From NCBI GenBank assembly GCA_022573485.1, contig JACZTW010000003.1, forward strand, positions 1 to 34,703: a stretch of DNA of 34,703 bases, written 5' to 3'. This DNA is from Planctomycetota bacterium (GTDB lineage Bacteria; Planctomycetota; Phycisphaerae; UBA1845; CAIVHJ01). Under the pieces are notes generated by a model that saw only the letters and a program-made list of their open reading frames with translations, did not search any database and had not been told where the DNA came from. A program made the translations under genes and the position numbers. Shown one piece after another: positions 26,282 to 34,703 of the stretch; positions within the stretch are counted from its first letter, which is position 1; each line of letters opens with the position of its first letter.

Positions 26282-29014
26282 TCAATGCGACTTGCCTTCC
26301 AGCCAGTTCCGACCCCAACACGTATCCACGGCCAGAGGCACCTTCAGCGGCAGGGCGCTGCACATTTGCTCCCGTATCTTCTCGGCTTCACACGCTGCGC
26401 TGTCCTCATGCACCTCGAACACGAGTTCGTCGTGTACTTGAATGAGCATTCGAGGTCCGGCGGGATTCTCCTTGATTCGATCATGCACGTCGATCATGGC
26501 CTTCTTGATGAGATCGGCGGCGGAACCTTGCAACACCGTGTTGACCGCCAGGCGCTCTCCCAGCATTCTCTGCTGTCGGTTGCGTGATTGCAATTCCGGC
26601 ACGGGCCGGCGGCGGCCAAGGATCGTCGTGGCATATCCCGTCTGTTTGGCCTTTTCGACGCACTCGTCGATGAACAATCGAATACCGGGGTAGCGCATGA
26701 AGTACATGTCGATGAAATTCTGGGCCTCCGGCACGGACATGCCCGTGGTGCGGGACAGGCCGAAGGCCGACTGCCCGTAAATGATGCCGAAGTTGACTGC
26801 CTTGGCCCGACTTCTTTGATCGGCCGTGACTTCTGCCGCATCAACTCCGAAGACCTGCGCTGCCACAAACCGGTGGATGTCTTCATTGCGCTCAAACGCG
26901 GAAACCAATGCGGCGTCCTGACAATAATGCGCCAGCAAACGCAATTCGACCTGCGAGTAATCCGCCGTCAGCAGCACATGATCCGGCTTGCCGGCGACGA
27001 AAGCTTTGCGGATCTGCCGGCCCAGAGCGGTCCGAATCGGGATATTTTGCAGGTTAGGGTCGTTGGATGCCAGCCGGCCCGTGACCGCACCGATCATGTT
27101 GTAACTGGCGTGTACTCTTCCGGTCTTCGCGCAGACCATCCTGGGCAATGTGTCGACATATGTGCTCTTCAACTTGGTCAACTCGCGGTAATGCAACACT
27201 AACTCCGGCAGCGGATGGTCCGTCTCCGACGCCAGCGTGCCCAGGGAATCCGCGTCCGTGCTCCGGCCGGTCTTGGTCTTTCTAACCACGCGGAGCCCCT
27301 GTTCATCAAAGAGCACTTCCGCCAGTTGCTTCGTGGAATCGATATTGAAGTTGCGGCCGGCCTCTGCGTAAATCTGCGCGGTGACTTCAACACGCTGGCG
27401 CTCGAGGTCCTTTCCCATTTCAACCAGCAATGGAACGTCCAGGGCGACTCCGTTGCGCTCCATTTGTGCGAGAACCTGCACCAGACGCATCTCGGTTTCC
27501 GCAAACAGCGGCAAGAACGATGATTCATCGAGCTGGGGTCGCAGGGTTTCATAAAACCGCCACGTGAAATCCGCATCCTCCGCCGCATATTCACAAACAC
27601 GCGTAATATCGACGTTGTCGATGGTAATTTGCTTCTTGCCCTTACCGATCAAATCGGAAATCGGAATCATGGTATGGTCGTACAATTCCCGAGCCAGCCA
27701 GTCCATGGAGTGCGATCGACGCAGCGGATCGAGCAGGAAACTGGCCACCATCGAATCAAACAACTCGCCCACGACGGCGATTCCCGCCTCCGCCAGCACG
27801 ATTAAATCGTATTTGATATTTTGGCCACACTTGGCAACTGTCGCGTCTTCAAACATCGGCCGCAGCGCGCGAACAACATCATCCTGAGGCAAAGTGTCAC
27901 CGCCAACGCCACGTACCGGGACATAAAACGCTCTGCCCGCCTCCCAGCTAATCGAGATGCCGACGAGATTCGCAGCGACTGGATTGAGGCTGGTCGTCTC
28001 GGTGTCGAAAGCGAAGATCTTTTGCCGCCGCAGTTGCCCAACGAGCGCTGCCAACTTCTCGGGAGTGTCAACCAGTACGTATTCGGTATCAGCGGACGAT
28101 GCGATCGGAGCGACGCTGCGTTCGGGCGGCGTTTCACGTGTCGTGCCCCCGCGATCGACGATCAAGTCGAGCTGTTCCAAAAGGCGTGTGAAGCCCAGCT
28201 CCCTGAAGACGGGCTCCAGCTCCGCAAAATTCAGCGCCGTAACCCTGGCCTGTTCGAGGTCGAATTCCACCGGCAGATCGGCCCGCAAGGTCACGAGTTT
28301 GCGGGTGGTCGCCAAATGCGGCGCGTAGGCTTTGACTTTCTCGCTCATCTTCGGCGTCAATTCGTCGGCATGTTCGATGACAGCCTCCGCGGTGCCGTAC
28401 TTGGCAATGAGCTTTGCTGCCGTCTTGATTCCGACGCCGACGATGCCCGGAATGTCATCGACGTTATCACCCATGAGGCTCTGAATCTCGATGGCCTTGT
28501 CGGGCAGATAGCCTTTGGAGGCTTCAAGGGCGGCCGCGTCGATTACGGCGTCTTTGGCAGGATCGTAGAGCTTCACTCGTTCGCTGATGAGCTGCTCAAA
28601 ATCTTTGTCTTTGCTGACCAGAAACGTCTCAATACTTTGCTTCTCGAAACGCCGCGCCAGGGTCGCCAGTATGTCATCGGCTTCATAGTTCGCGACGGAC
28701 AATACAGGCATGCCGATCGCTTTTAGTGACGCGACGATGCGCTCGATCTGGGGCGGCAAATCATCCGGCGGCGGCTCGCGTGTCGCTTTGTATTCCGGGT
28801 AGATCTCACGCCGCGATTTCGCCGAATCGATTGAATCAACGGCCATTGCAAAATAAGTCGGTTTTCGGTCTTTGAGCAGGTTGAAGAACATGGAAAAGAA
28901 GACGTAGGTGGCCCGCGTCGGTTCGCCGGAGGGGCTCGTCAAATCGCGAAATGGGGCATAGTAGGCGCGATAAATCTGTGCATGGCCGTCAAGAAGGTAC
29001 AGCGACTCGGGCAT
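26282..29014 (-). CDS. polA: DNA polymerase I
   Basis: 5'-3' exonuclease motifs LLDG, EADD and GDNVDDIPG. 3'-5' exonuclease FDTETT. Polymerase motifs DYSQVELR, KAVNFGIIYG and QVHDEL. Start is ATG 29014. Confidence 0.99.
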   Translation of the reverse strand: MPESLYLLDGHAQIYRAYYAPFRDLTSPSGEPTRATYVFFSMFFNLLKDRKPTYFAMAVDSIDSAKSRREIYPEYKATREPPPDDLPPQIERIVASLKAIGMPVLSVANYEADDILATLARRFEKQSIETFLVSKDKDFEQLISERVKLYDPAKDAVIDAAALEASKGYLPDKAIEIQSLMGDNVDDIPGIVGVGIKTAAKLIAKYGTAEAVIEHADELTPKMSEKVKAYAPHLATTRKLVTLRADLPVEFDLEQARVTALNFAELEPVFRELGFTRLLEQLDLIVDRGGTTRETPPERSVAPIASSADTEYVLVDTPEKLAALVGQLRRQKIFAFDTETTSLNPVAANLVGISISWEAGRAFYVPVRGVGGDTLPQDDVVRALRPMFEDATVAKCGQNIKYDLIVLAEAGIAVVGELFDSMVASFLLDPLRRSHSMDWLARELYDHTMIPISDLIGKGKKQITIDNVDITRVCEYAAEDADFTWRFYETLRPQLDESSFLPLFAETEMRLVQVLAQMERNGVALDVPLLVEMGKDLERQRVEVTAQIYAEAGRNFNIDSTKQLAEVLFDEQGLRVVRKTKTGRSTDADSLGTLASETDHPLPELVLHYRELTKLKSTYVDTLPRMVCAKTGRVHASYNMIGAVTGRLASNDPNLQNIPIRTALGRQIRKAFVAGKPDHVLLTADYSQVELRLLAHYCQDAALVSAFERNEDIHRFVAAQVFGVDAAEVTADQRSRAKAVNFGIIYGQSAFGLSRTTGMSVPEAQNFIDMYFMRYPGIRLFIDECVEKAKQTGYATTILGRRRPVPELQSRNRQQRMLGERLAVNTVLQGSAADLIKKAMIDVHDRIKENPAGPRMLIQVHDELVFEVHEDSAACEAEKIREQMCSALPLKVPLAVDTCWGRNWLEGKSH

Positions 29015-29117
29015 GAGGGCATCGTACTTCAGATCATTGCAGTGCTCAACTCCCACCGGCCCAGGGCCGATGAGAATGCCGGGCAAGTTGTTCGGAAGCT
29101 CAGTGACGAGGTGCTGC

Positions 29118-29486
29118 ATGTCGGACTTTGAGGAAATGACCTTCGAAACTTTGCCGGAAGCTCTGGTCGTCGGCGTGCAGTCTGAGAAATTGGACTACAT
29201 GGTGCTCGACAAACTGGAGCGCCGCATTACCGCCCAGGCGACAATGGCGGGCAAGTTCAACGTCATACTCGATCTCGGGGAGGTTGAGTTCATTCCCAGC
29301 ATGCTCATGAGCGTGTTGGTCAAGACGCTCAAGAGTCTCGGCGATCAAGGTCGCAAATTCCTTCTCGTCGGCATGAATCGCCACATTCGGGCGTCTTTGA
29401 AATTGACGCGAATCGACGTCTTGTTCGACCTCCACGATTCCGTCAACGCCGCGCGCACGGCTCTGGGTGCGGGAGTATGTCCGTAG
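29118..29486 (+). CDS. STAS-domain anti-sigma factor antagonist
   Basis: VILDLGEVEFIPSMLMSVLV and LKLTRIDVLF motifs. GAGG RBS before ATG 29118. Confidence 0.88.
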   Translation: MSDFEEMTFETLPEALVVGVQSEKLDYMVLDKLERRITAQATMAGKFNVILDLGEVEFIPSMLMSVLVKTLKSLGDQGRKFLLVGMNRHIRASLKLTRIDVLFDLHDSVNAARTALGAGVCP

Positions 29487-29658
29487 CCACGCTGGCCAAT
29501 CCCCACTATTCCAGCCTTCGCTTCCACACGTGGCAGATCCCTCGCACGGGTCGGAAAAGCCGCTAAACACGACCGTATTCCATTGACCCGCATCGGCAGC
29601 GTCGATAGCATGGCAGTAGTATCGATTCTGGGGATGATGCTGGTCGAGGGAAGCAAAC

Positions 29659-30480
29659 ATGAAGCACACCGCCTTGCTTTTGTCGTCGTGTATGGTTTTT
29701 GCGACATCCCCGGCCTCCGCCGATACGTTTATCGAATCCTTTGATGGGGGTTCAAACGAAGGCAGTTGGACATTCGGATCGCCCAACGGAGCTATCGAAC
29801 CGTTCGGGGGCAATCCCTCGTGGTTCTTCCACGACTCATTTCTTGACACCTTCGCGCCCAGACCTCGTACCGCGTTCGGCGCGGCCTCGGAATTCACGGG
29901 CAATTATCGTGAAATGCGTGTCACTTCAGTCGGTATCGACCTCATCCTCTTCGACGTCGATTTCAGCGCCGGCGGTCGCCCGCTGACGGTGATGCTGATC
30001 AGCGATAACTCCACGCCCGGTGATTTCAGCGACGACTGGGCTGCGTACTTGATAGGGCCGGACAACGTGCCCTTGGTGGGCCAGGGTTGGCTCAGTTACG
30101 ACTTCGAGATTCCTTCGCAGTCCGAGACCTTGCCGATCGGCTGGCAGACGGTCATCTTCGGACCGAACTCACCCGTCGATCCGGATTGGAACGATGTAAT
30201 CACGAATGTCGCCCAGTTGCGATACTTCTACGGCGATCCGACCTTCTTCTTCATTTTCCAAGGCTGGGACTTGGGCATGGACAATCCGCGCATCATCACG
30301 ACTGCCGAGCCCTGTCCGGCGGACTTCGACGGGAACGGCACGGTAGAGGCATTTGATCTGGCGATGCTTCTGGGGAACTGGGGCGCCTGCGCGGGTTGCC
30401 CAGCCGACCTGAACGGCGACGGCACCATCGGCGCCGCCGATCTGGCAGAGCTGCTGGGCAGTTGGGGGCCCTGCCCCTGA
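29659..30480 (+). CDS. Secreted protein with C-terminal dockerin-like double repeat
   Basis: Signal peptide ending ASA. C-terminal CPADFDGNGTVEAFDLAMLLGNWG and CPADLNGDGTIGAADLAELLGSWG. Confidence 0.85.
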   Translation: MKHTALLLSSCMVFATSPASADTFIESFDGGSNEGSWTFGSPNGAIEPFGGNPSWFFHDSFLDTFAPRPRTAFGAASEFTGNYREMRVTSVGIDLILFDVDFSAGGRPLTVMLISDNSTPGDFSDDWAAYLIGPDNVPLVGQGWLSYDFEIPSQSETLPIGWQTVIFGPNSPVDPDWNDVITNVAQLRYFYGDPTFFFIFQGWDLGMDNPRIITTAEPCPADFDGNGTVEAFDLAMLLGNWGACAGCPADLNGDGTIGAADLAELLGSWGPCP

Positions 30481-30636
30481 GAAACTTCTAAACAATCTCG
30501 ACAACGAAGATGTGGTCCCGGCGCCCCTTGTTGCCGACGTACCGCTGTCTGCTTTTCCGCCCGGCGAGAGGGGGCACCGCGAGGCCGGCACCCGCTCTAA
30601 CATCATGCGTTGCTCGGAAATACGGAGTATCGGCGC

Positions 30637-30665
30637 TTGACAAACGCCGGCCGGATGCCGAGAAT
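30637..30665 (+). promoter_or_regulatory. sigma70-like promoter
   Basis: TTGACA (30637-30642), 17-nt spacer, GAGAAT (30660-30665), upstream of 30751. Confidence 0.5.
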
Positions 30666-30750
30666 CGAATAGTGTGTCAGTGTGCGTCCGCCTACCCCGG
30701 ACAGCGCGCATCATCCTTTGTTGACAATTGGCTGAATGGGAGGCCCGTGA

Positions 30751-32163
30751 ATGGCAGGCAGACCCCCGGCAGCGAGTCCGACTGGTCTTCTCGTGGGCAT
30801 GTGTGTATCGGTCGGCATCGCCTTGATCGCACTCGTGCTCTTGGTCGTATTGTGGACCAACCAGGAAGAGCTCAAGGCCGCCGCAGACAAGGCAAACAGT
30901 GATGCGCAGCGCCTCATGACGCCCGGCGAGAGACAGGGCGCCTGGGCCGATTGGTTCAATCAGGCGACCGGAGGGAAATCTGTCGCCAAGCTCATGCACG
31001 ACGAAATGGCTGATCTGGGCGAGATCATCTCAGCCGAGTCGGCCACGCCCGCTCCGGGTTTGGCGGCCCGCCTCCACGACAACCAATTGAACGGGTTGTG
31101 GAACATGATGGAGGACGACGAAATCCTGGATGATCCTTCCGCCGTGGTTGAAAGACCGCTCGTCGACGCGCTGACCACGATGTACGACCTGTACAAAGCG
31201 GAACATGAAGCACATCAGCGGGCCAATGAGACGGCCGCCGACCGCCAAGAGCAAATCGACATGCTCATCGAGACGAACGAGAACCTGGGTAAGGAATTCG
31301 AGCAGGAGGTGGGTACGCTCCGGGCCCGGCTTGATGTCATCGATGAGGAATGGAAGAGCTATCGGCAGCAAAAGGAAGATCAATTCGCCGCATTTGAAAA
31401 GTCAACCCAGGATCGCGCGGATGCCAGCTTCGCTGCGGAGCAGGAACTACGCGGCCAAATCACTGGACTCTCTCAGGAGCTGAGCAAGAAGGCGGACCGC
31501 GCCCGGGAACTGCAACACAAACTCCGCGAGTTTCAAATCCTGCCGCAGAGCTTGATGGCCGCACGCCAGACGGACGGCAAGGTGCTGATGGCCAAGCCCG
31601 GTGAAGACACCGTGTTCATCAACCTGGGCGCCCGTGATCGCCTGGTGCTCGGCATTCGATTCGCGGTCTACCCGCCCGACACGGGCATTCCCAGCTCCGG
31701 CCAGGCGAAGGCCACCATCGAGGTGATCGATATCGACGAAAACGTCTCGACATGCCGTATTTTGCGGGACAATGCACTGTTCCCCATCCTCGAAGGCGAC
31801 CTCATAGCCAATCCGGTCTACGACCGAGGACGCAGCTTGACGTTTTATGTGCTCGGCAAGTTTGATTTTGACTACGACGGCCGGGACGATCCTAACGGGA
31901 AAGCGACGCTCCAAGCGCTCATCAAAGAAAACGGTGGCCTCATCGCCGACGAACTCAGCGCCCGGATTGACTTCGTGATCGCCGGAGCGCGCCCCGCAGT
32001 GCTGCGCCTTTCCAGTAACCCCAGTCCGGAGAACCAGGCCGTCCACGACGATCAGAGTCGCAAGAAGGACACCTACACCGCAGCCATCAACGACGCCCAG
32101 GCACTGTCGATCCCGATTTTCACGCAGGAAACCTTTCTGCAATTCATGGGCCGAGTGCGTTGA
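30751..32163 (+). CDS. Membrane-anchored coiled-coil protein with beta domain and C-terminal BRCT-like domain
   Basis: GGAGG RBS, single N-terminal TM and a long heptad-rich region. Contains VFINLG...ILEGDLIANP, then LIKENGGLIADELSARIDFVIAG...AQALSIPIFTQETF. Confidence 0.75.
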   Translation: MAGRPPAASPTGLLVGMCVSVGIALIALVLLVVLWTNQEELKAAADKANSDAQRLMTPGERQGAWADWFNQATGGKSVAKLMHDEMADLGEIISAESATPAPGLAARLHDNQLNGLWNMMEDDEILDDPSAVVERPLVDALTTMYDLYKAEHEAHQRANETAADRQEQIDMLIETNENLGKEFEQEVGTLRARLDVIDEEWKSYRQQKEDQFAAFEKSTQDRADASFAAEQELRGQITGLSQELSKKADRARELQHKLREFQILPQSLMAARQTDGKVLMAKPGEDTVFINLGARDRLVLGIRFAVYPPDTGIPSSGQAKATIEVIDIDENVSTCRILRDNALFPILEGDLIANPVYDRGRSLTFYVLGKFDFDYDGRDDPNGKATLQALIKENGGLIADELSARIDFVIAGARPAVLRLSSNPSPENQAVHDDQSRKKDTYTAAINDAQALSIPIFTQETFLQFMGRVR

Positions 32164-32190
32164 GTCTTCACCGCGCTCCGCGGACGCAGT

Positions 32191-33003
32191 ATGGCGCCTG
32201 TTGACCTGCAACACATCCTGACCCGCGCGAAGGCGTGGGCACGCGAAGCAGGGGAGTTGGCCCGCACTCGCCAGGGCTCAGACTTCGCCGCCTCCACAAA
32301 GAGCGATCAATCCCTCGTCACCGAAGTCGATATTCAAATGCAGCAGTTGATTGTCGATCACGCAGCGCGCGAATTCCCGGAGCATGGAATACTGGCCGAG
32401 GAAAGCGCCTCGATTGCTTCGGAAGCAACCGGGCGCGGCAGCGCGGAATACTATTGGGTGATCGATCCGTTGGACGGCACCCGGAATTACGTACACGGGT
32501 TGCCGTTTTATTGTGTCTCCATTGCCCTGATGGATCGCGGTGTGCCGGTCGTCGGCGTAATCCACGATCCCAACTGTGACCGCACCTACACTGCGATCAA
32601 AGGGCGGGGCGCATTCGCCGGTGAGCGGCGGATGCACGTCTCAGCCGCCGACTGGTCGGACGGCCCACTCCTGGGCATCCCCACACCGAGGCGAACGCCT
32701 CTGCCGGCTGCGATTTATCAGGATTGGGCTTCGCGGGGTGTCCTGCGCCACATTGGTTCAACTTGCTTGAATCTGGCCCTGACCGCCTGCGGGGCGCTGG
32801 ATGCCTGTTTCGCTCAGGAAATTAAGCTCTGGGACGTCGCGGCGGGGGCGATATTGGTCACCGAGGCGGGCGGGTGCGTGACGTCGCCGACTGGGCAGAC
32901 CATTTTTCCCGTCGACCCCGAACGGTATGAAGGCGAGAACATCGCATTTCTGGCCGGCGGCCAGCCGCTGCACGATGAGTTGATGGAATCCCTGCGGAGC
33001 TGA
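32191..33003 (+). CDS. Inositol monophosphatase family protein (SuhB-like)
   Basis: LVTEVD, ILAEE, WVIDPLDGTRNY and WDVAAG motifs. Confidence 0.95.
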   Translation: MAPVDLQHILTRAKAWAREAGELARTRQGSDFAASTKSDQSLVTEVDIQMQQLIVDHAAREFPEHGILAEESASIASEATGRGSAEYYWVIDPLDGTRNYVHGLPFYCVSIALMDRGVPVVGVIHDPNCDRTYTAIKGRGAFAGERRMHVSAADWSDGPLLGIPTPRRTPLPAAIYQDWASRGVLRHIGSTCLNLALTACGALDACFAQEIKLWDVAAGAILVTEAGGCVTSPTGQTIFPVDPERYEGENIAFLAGGQPLHDELMESLRS

Positions 33004-33055
33004 CTTTGTCCGTTCTTGATCGCGGACCATCCGCCAAGCTCAGTCGGCCCACTGT

Positions 33056-33439
33056 CTAACGTGAAGTTTCTTCCGTATCGCCGGTGATCACGCGCTGAAT
33101 AGACTGACGAACGAACGTCATCTTTGTGTTGTTGGTTTCGTCGACGCGCACCACGATCTCGTCTTCTTTCGTGGTGACCACGGTTCCGACAATGCCCCCG
33201 ATCGTCACGACGCGGTCGTTCTTCTTCAATCCCTGGATCATTTTGGCGAGCTCTTTCTTCTTCCTGCCCTGGCCTCTGAACAGAAAAATGTAAAACACGA
33301 CCATGGCCAGCATCAAGCCAAAGAAAATGTTCGGGAAGCCACCGGCTGACTTGCCTGTGCCGCCTGGCTGAGTAGGAGGGCCGGTGGGAACAGGGGTTTG
33401 GGCCACGAGTTCGATCATCGATTGATTCATGTTTTCCAC
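33056..33439 (-). CDS. yajC: Preprotein translocase subunit YajC
   Basis: FYIFLFR followed by LKKNDRVVTIGGIVGTV. Located downstream of tgt. Exact start uncertain. Confidence 0.93.
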   Translation of the reverse strand: MENMNQSMIELVAQTPVPTGPPTQPGGTGKSAGGFPNIFFGLMLAMVVFYIFLFRGQGRKKKELAKMIQGLKKNDRVVTIGGIVGTVVTTKEDEIVVRVDETNNTKMTFVRQSIQRVITGDTEETSR

Positions 33440-33467
33440 GTCAAAATCCTATCCATGAGAGTCGCGC

Positions 33468-34568
33468 TCAAGTGGCGACGGGGTATTCTGAATAAATGGC
33501 CTGTAGATTGTCCTGTTCGATCAATTCCCGAATCCTAACCATCAACCGCTGGTAGAATCGGATGTTGTGGATCGAGGCCAGAATCGGTCCCAGCATTTCG
33601 TCCACCACAAACAAGTGCCTAATATAACCTCTGCTGAAGTGCGTGCAAGCATGGCAATCGCAGCCGTCCTCGATCGGCTGATCCGCGGTCTTGTGCTGCT
33701 CATTACGGAGCTTTACAGGCCCGTTGGCAGTGAAGGCTTGGGCGTTCCTCCCGTTGCGGGTGGGCAGCACGCAGTCGAACATGTCCACGCCGCGGCGGAC
33801 CGCCTCTACGATGTCCCTCGGCATGCCCACGCCCATGAGGTAGCGCGGGCGATCCTCGGGCAGCTCGTCCGGCAGGTAGTCCAACACTTCCATCATTTGC
33901 TCGTGCGACTCGCCCACGGACAGCCCGCCGATCGCATAGCCCGGGAAATCCAGTTCGCACAGCTCCGCCGCACAGCGCATCCTCAGGTCCTCATACACCC
34001 CGCCCTGCACGATCCCAAAGAGCGCCTGATCTTCCCGCGTGTGAGCCTGGCGGCAGGCCTGCGCCCAGCGCAGCGTTCGCGAGACTGCCTCTTCGACTTG
34101 GCTTCGCTCGCACGGGTAGGGCGGGCATTGATCGAAAGCCATGATGATGTCCGCGCCCAGCTTGTTTTGCACGTCGATGGCGGATTGCGGATCGAGCTTC
34201 AACTTCGCGCCGTCGATGTGCGATCGAAACGTCACGCCCTCGTCGCTGATCTTGGCCAGCGATGCCAGCGAGAAGATTTGGAATCCGCCGCTGTCGGTCA
34301 GGATCGGCTTGTCCCAGCCCATGAAGCCGTGCAGTCCGCCGAACTCCGCGACGACCTCGGGCCCGGGCCTCAGCAACATGTGGTACGTGTTCGCCAGGAT
34401 GATTTCGGTTCCAGTGGCGACGATTTGGGAAGGCGTCAGGCCTTTGACCGAGGCCTTGGTGCCGACGGGTATAAACGCAGGAGTCTCCACCACGCCGTGC
34501 GGCGTGTGAAGCCGCCCGCGGCGGGCCTTGCTGCCGGAATCGCTGGCCGTTAGTTCAAAGGAAAACAC
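33468..34568 (-). CDS. tgt: tRNA-guanine transglycosylase
   Basis: TPAFIPVGT, LANTYH, LTDSGGFQ, GIVQGG, YLMGVG, DMFDCVLPTR and CDCHAC motifs. Probable GTG start at 34568 (ORF is open to 34604). Confidence 0.98.
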   Translation of the reverse strand: MFSFELTASDSGSKARRGRLHTPHGVVETPAFIPVGTKASVKGLTPSQIVATGTEIILANTYHMLLRPGPEVVAEFGGLHGFMGWDKPILTDSGGFQIFSLASLAKISDEGVTFRSHIDGAKLKLDPQSAIDVQNKLGADIIMAFDQCPPYPCERSQVEEAVSRTLRWAQACRQAHTREDQALFGIVQGGVYEDLRMRCAAELCELDFPGYAIGGLSVGESHEQMMEVLDYLPDELPEDRPRYLMGVGMPRDIVEAVRRGVDMFDCVLPTRNGRNAQAFTANGPVKLRNEQHKTADQPIEDGCDCHACTHFSRGYIRHLFVVDEMLGPILASIHNIRFYQRLMVRIRELIEQDNLQAIYSEYPVAT

Positions 34569-34703
34569 CGCACAATCTTTACAGCTCCGCTGCGCGCGAG
34601 CCACGGGGATCGGGCAGTCGTGTCGGAGTTTATCTAGATTCCAACAACTTCAAAATATCCACAAAGAAGCCACCATGTCTGCCCCCTGCCCAGGACGAGT
34701 AAT

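Noticed and set aside
33567-34553. 328-aa plus-strand ORF
   Set aside because: Antisense to tgt.

Overview
GC-rich bacterial window, most likely Planctomycetota/Phycisphaerae. This is inferred from a prepilin-like H-X9-DG protein, dockerin-like LLGxWG repeats and a Cys-rich/FG-GAP giant protein. The first ~6 kb is an integration hotspot around tRNA-Leu(CAA) at 2088-2171. An exact copy of tRNA nucleotides 1-42 lies 2 kb upstream (58-99). Together the two copies bracket a single cargo gene (ILEI domain plus alpha/beta hydrolase) with no integrase. The two ends share short ATCTTCC repeats, and a sigma70-like promoter points at the intact tRNA, which suggests a minimal element integrated at the 5' side of a tRNA. 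The 3' side of the same tRNA carries a tyrosine-integrase C-terminal remnant cut by an IS630 element that abuts an IS5 element. These are followed by a small ORF and an orphan tRNA-Lys(TTT) fragment. A 1750-aa secreted Cys-rich/dockerin-like/FG-GAP protein follows. The rest is mostly core chromosome: purD, lptF/lptG-like, frr, a prepilin-type gene with a long structured leader, a PQQ-repeat propeller, purH, a PduO-type adenosyltransferase, O-antigen ligase-like, GT4, polA, STAS, a dockerin-tailed protein, a coiled-coil/BRCT-like protein, IMPase, yajC and tgt. No CRISPR array or rRNA was seen. All calls come from reading the sequence; no searches were run.
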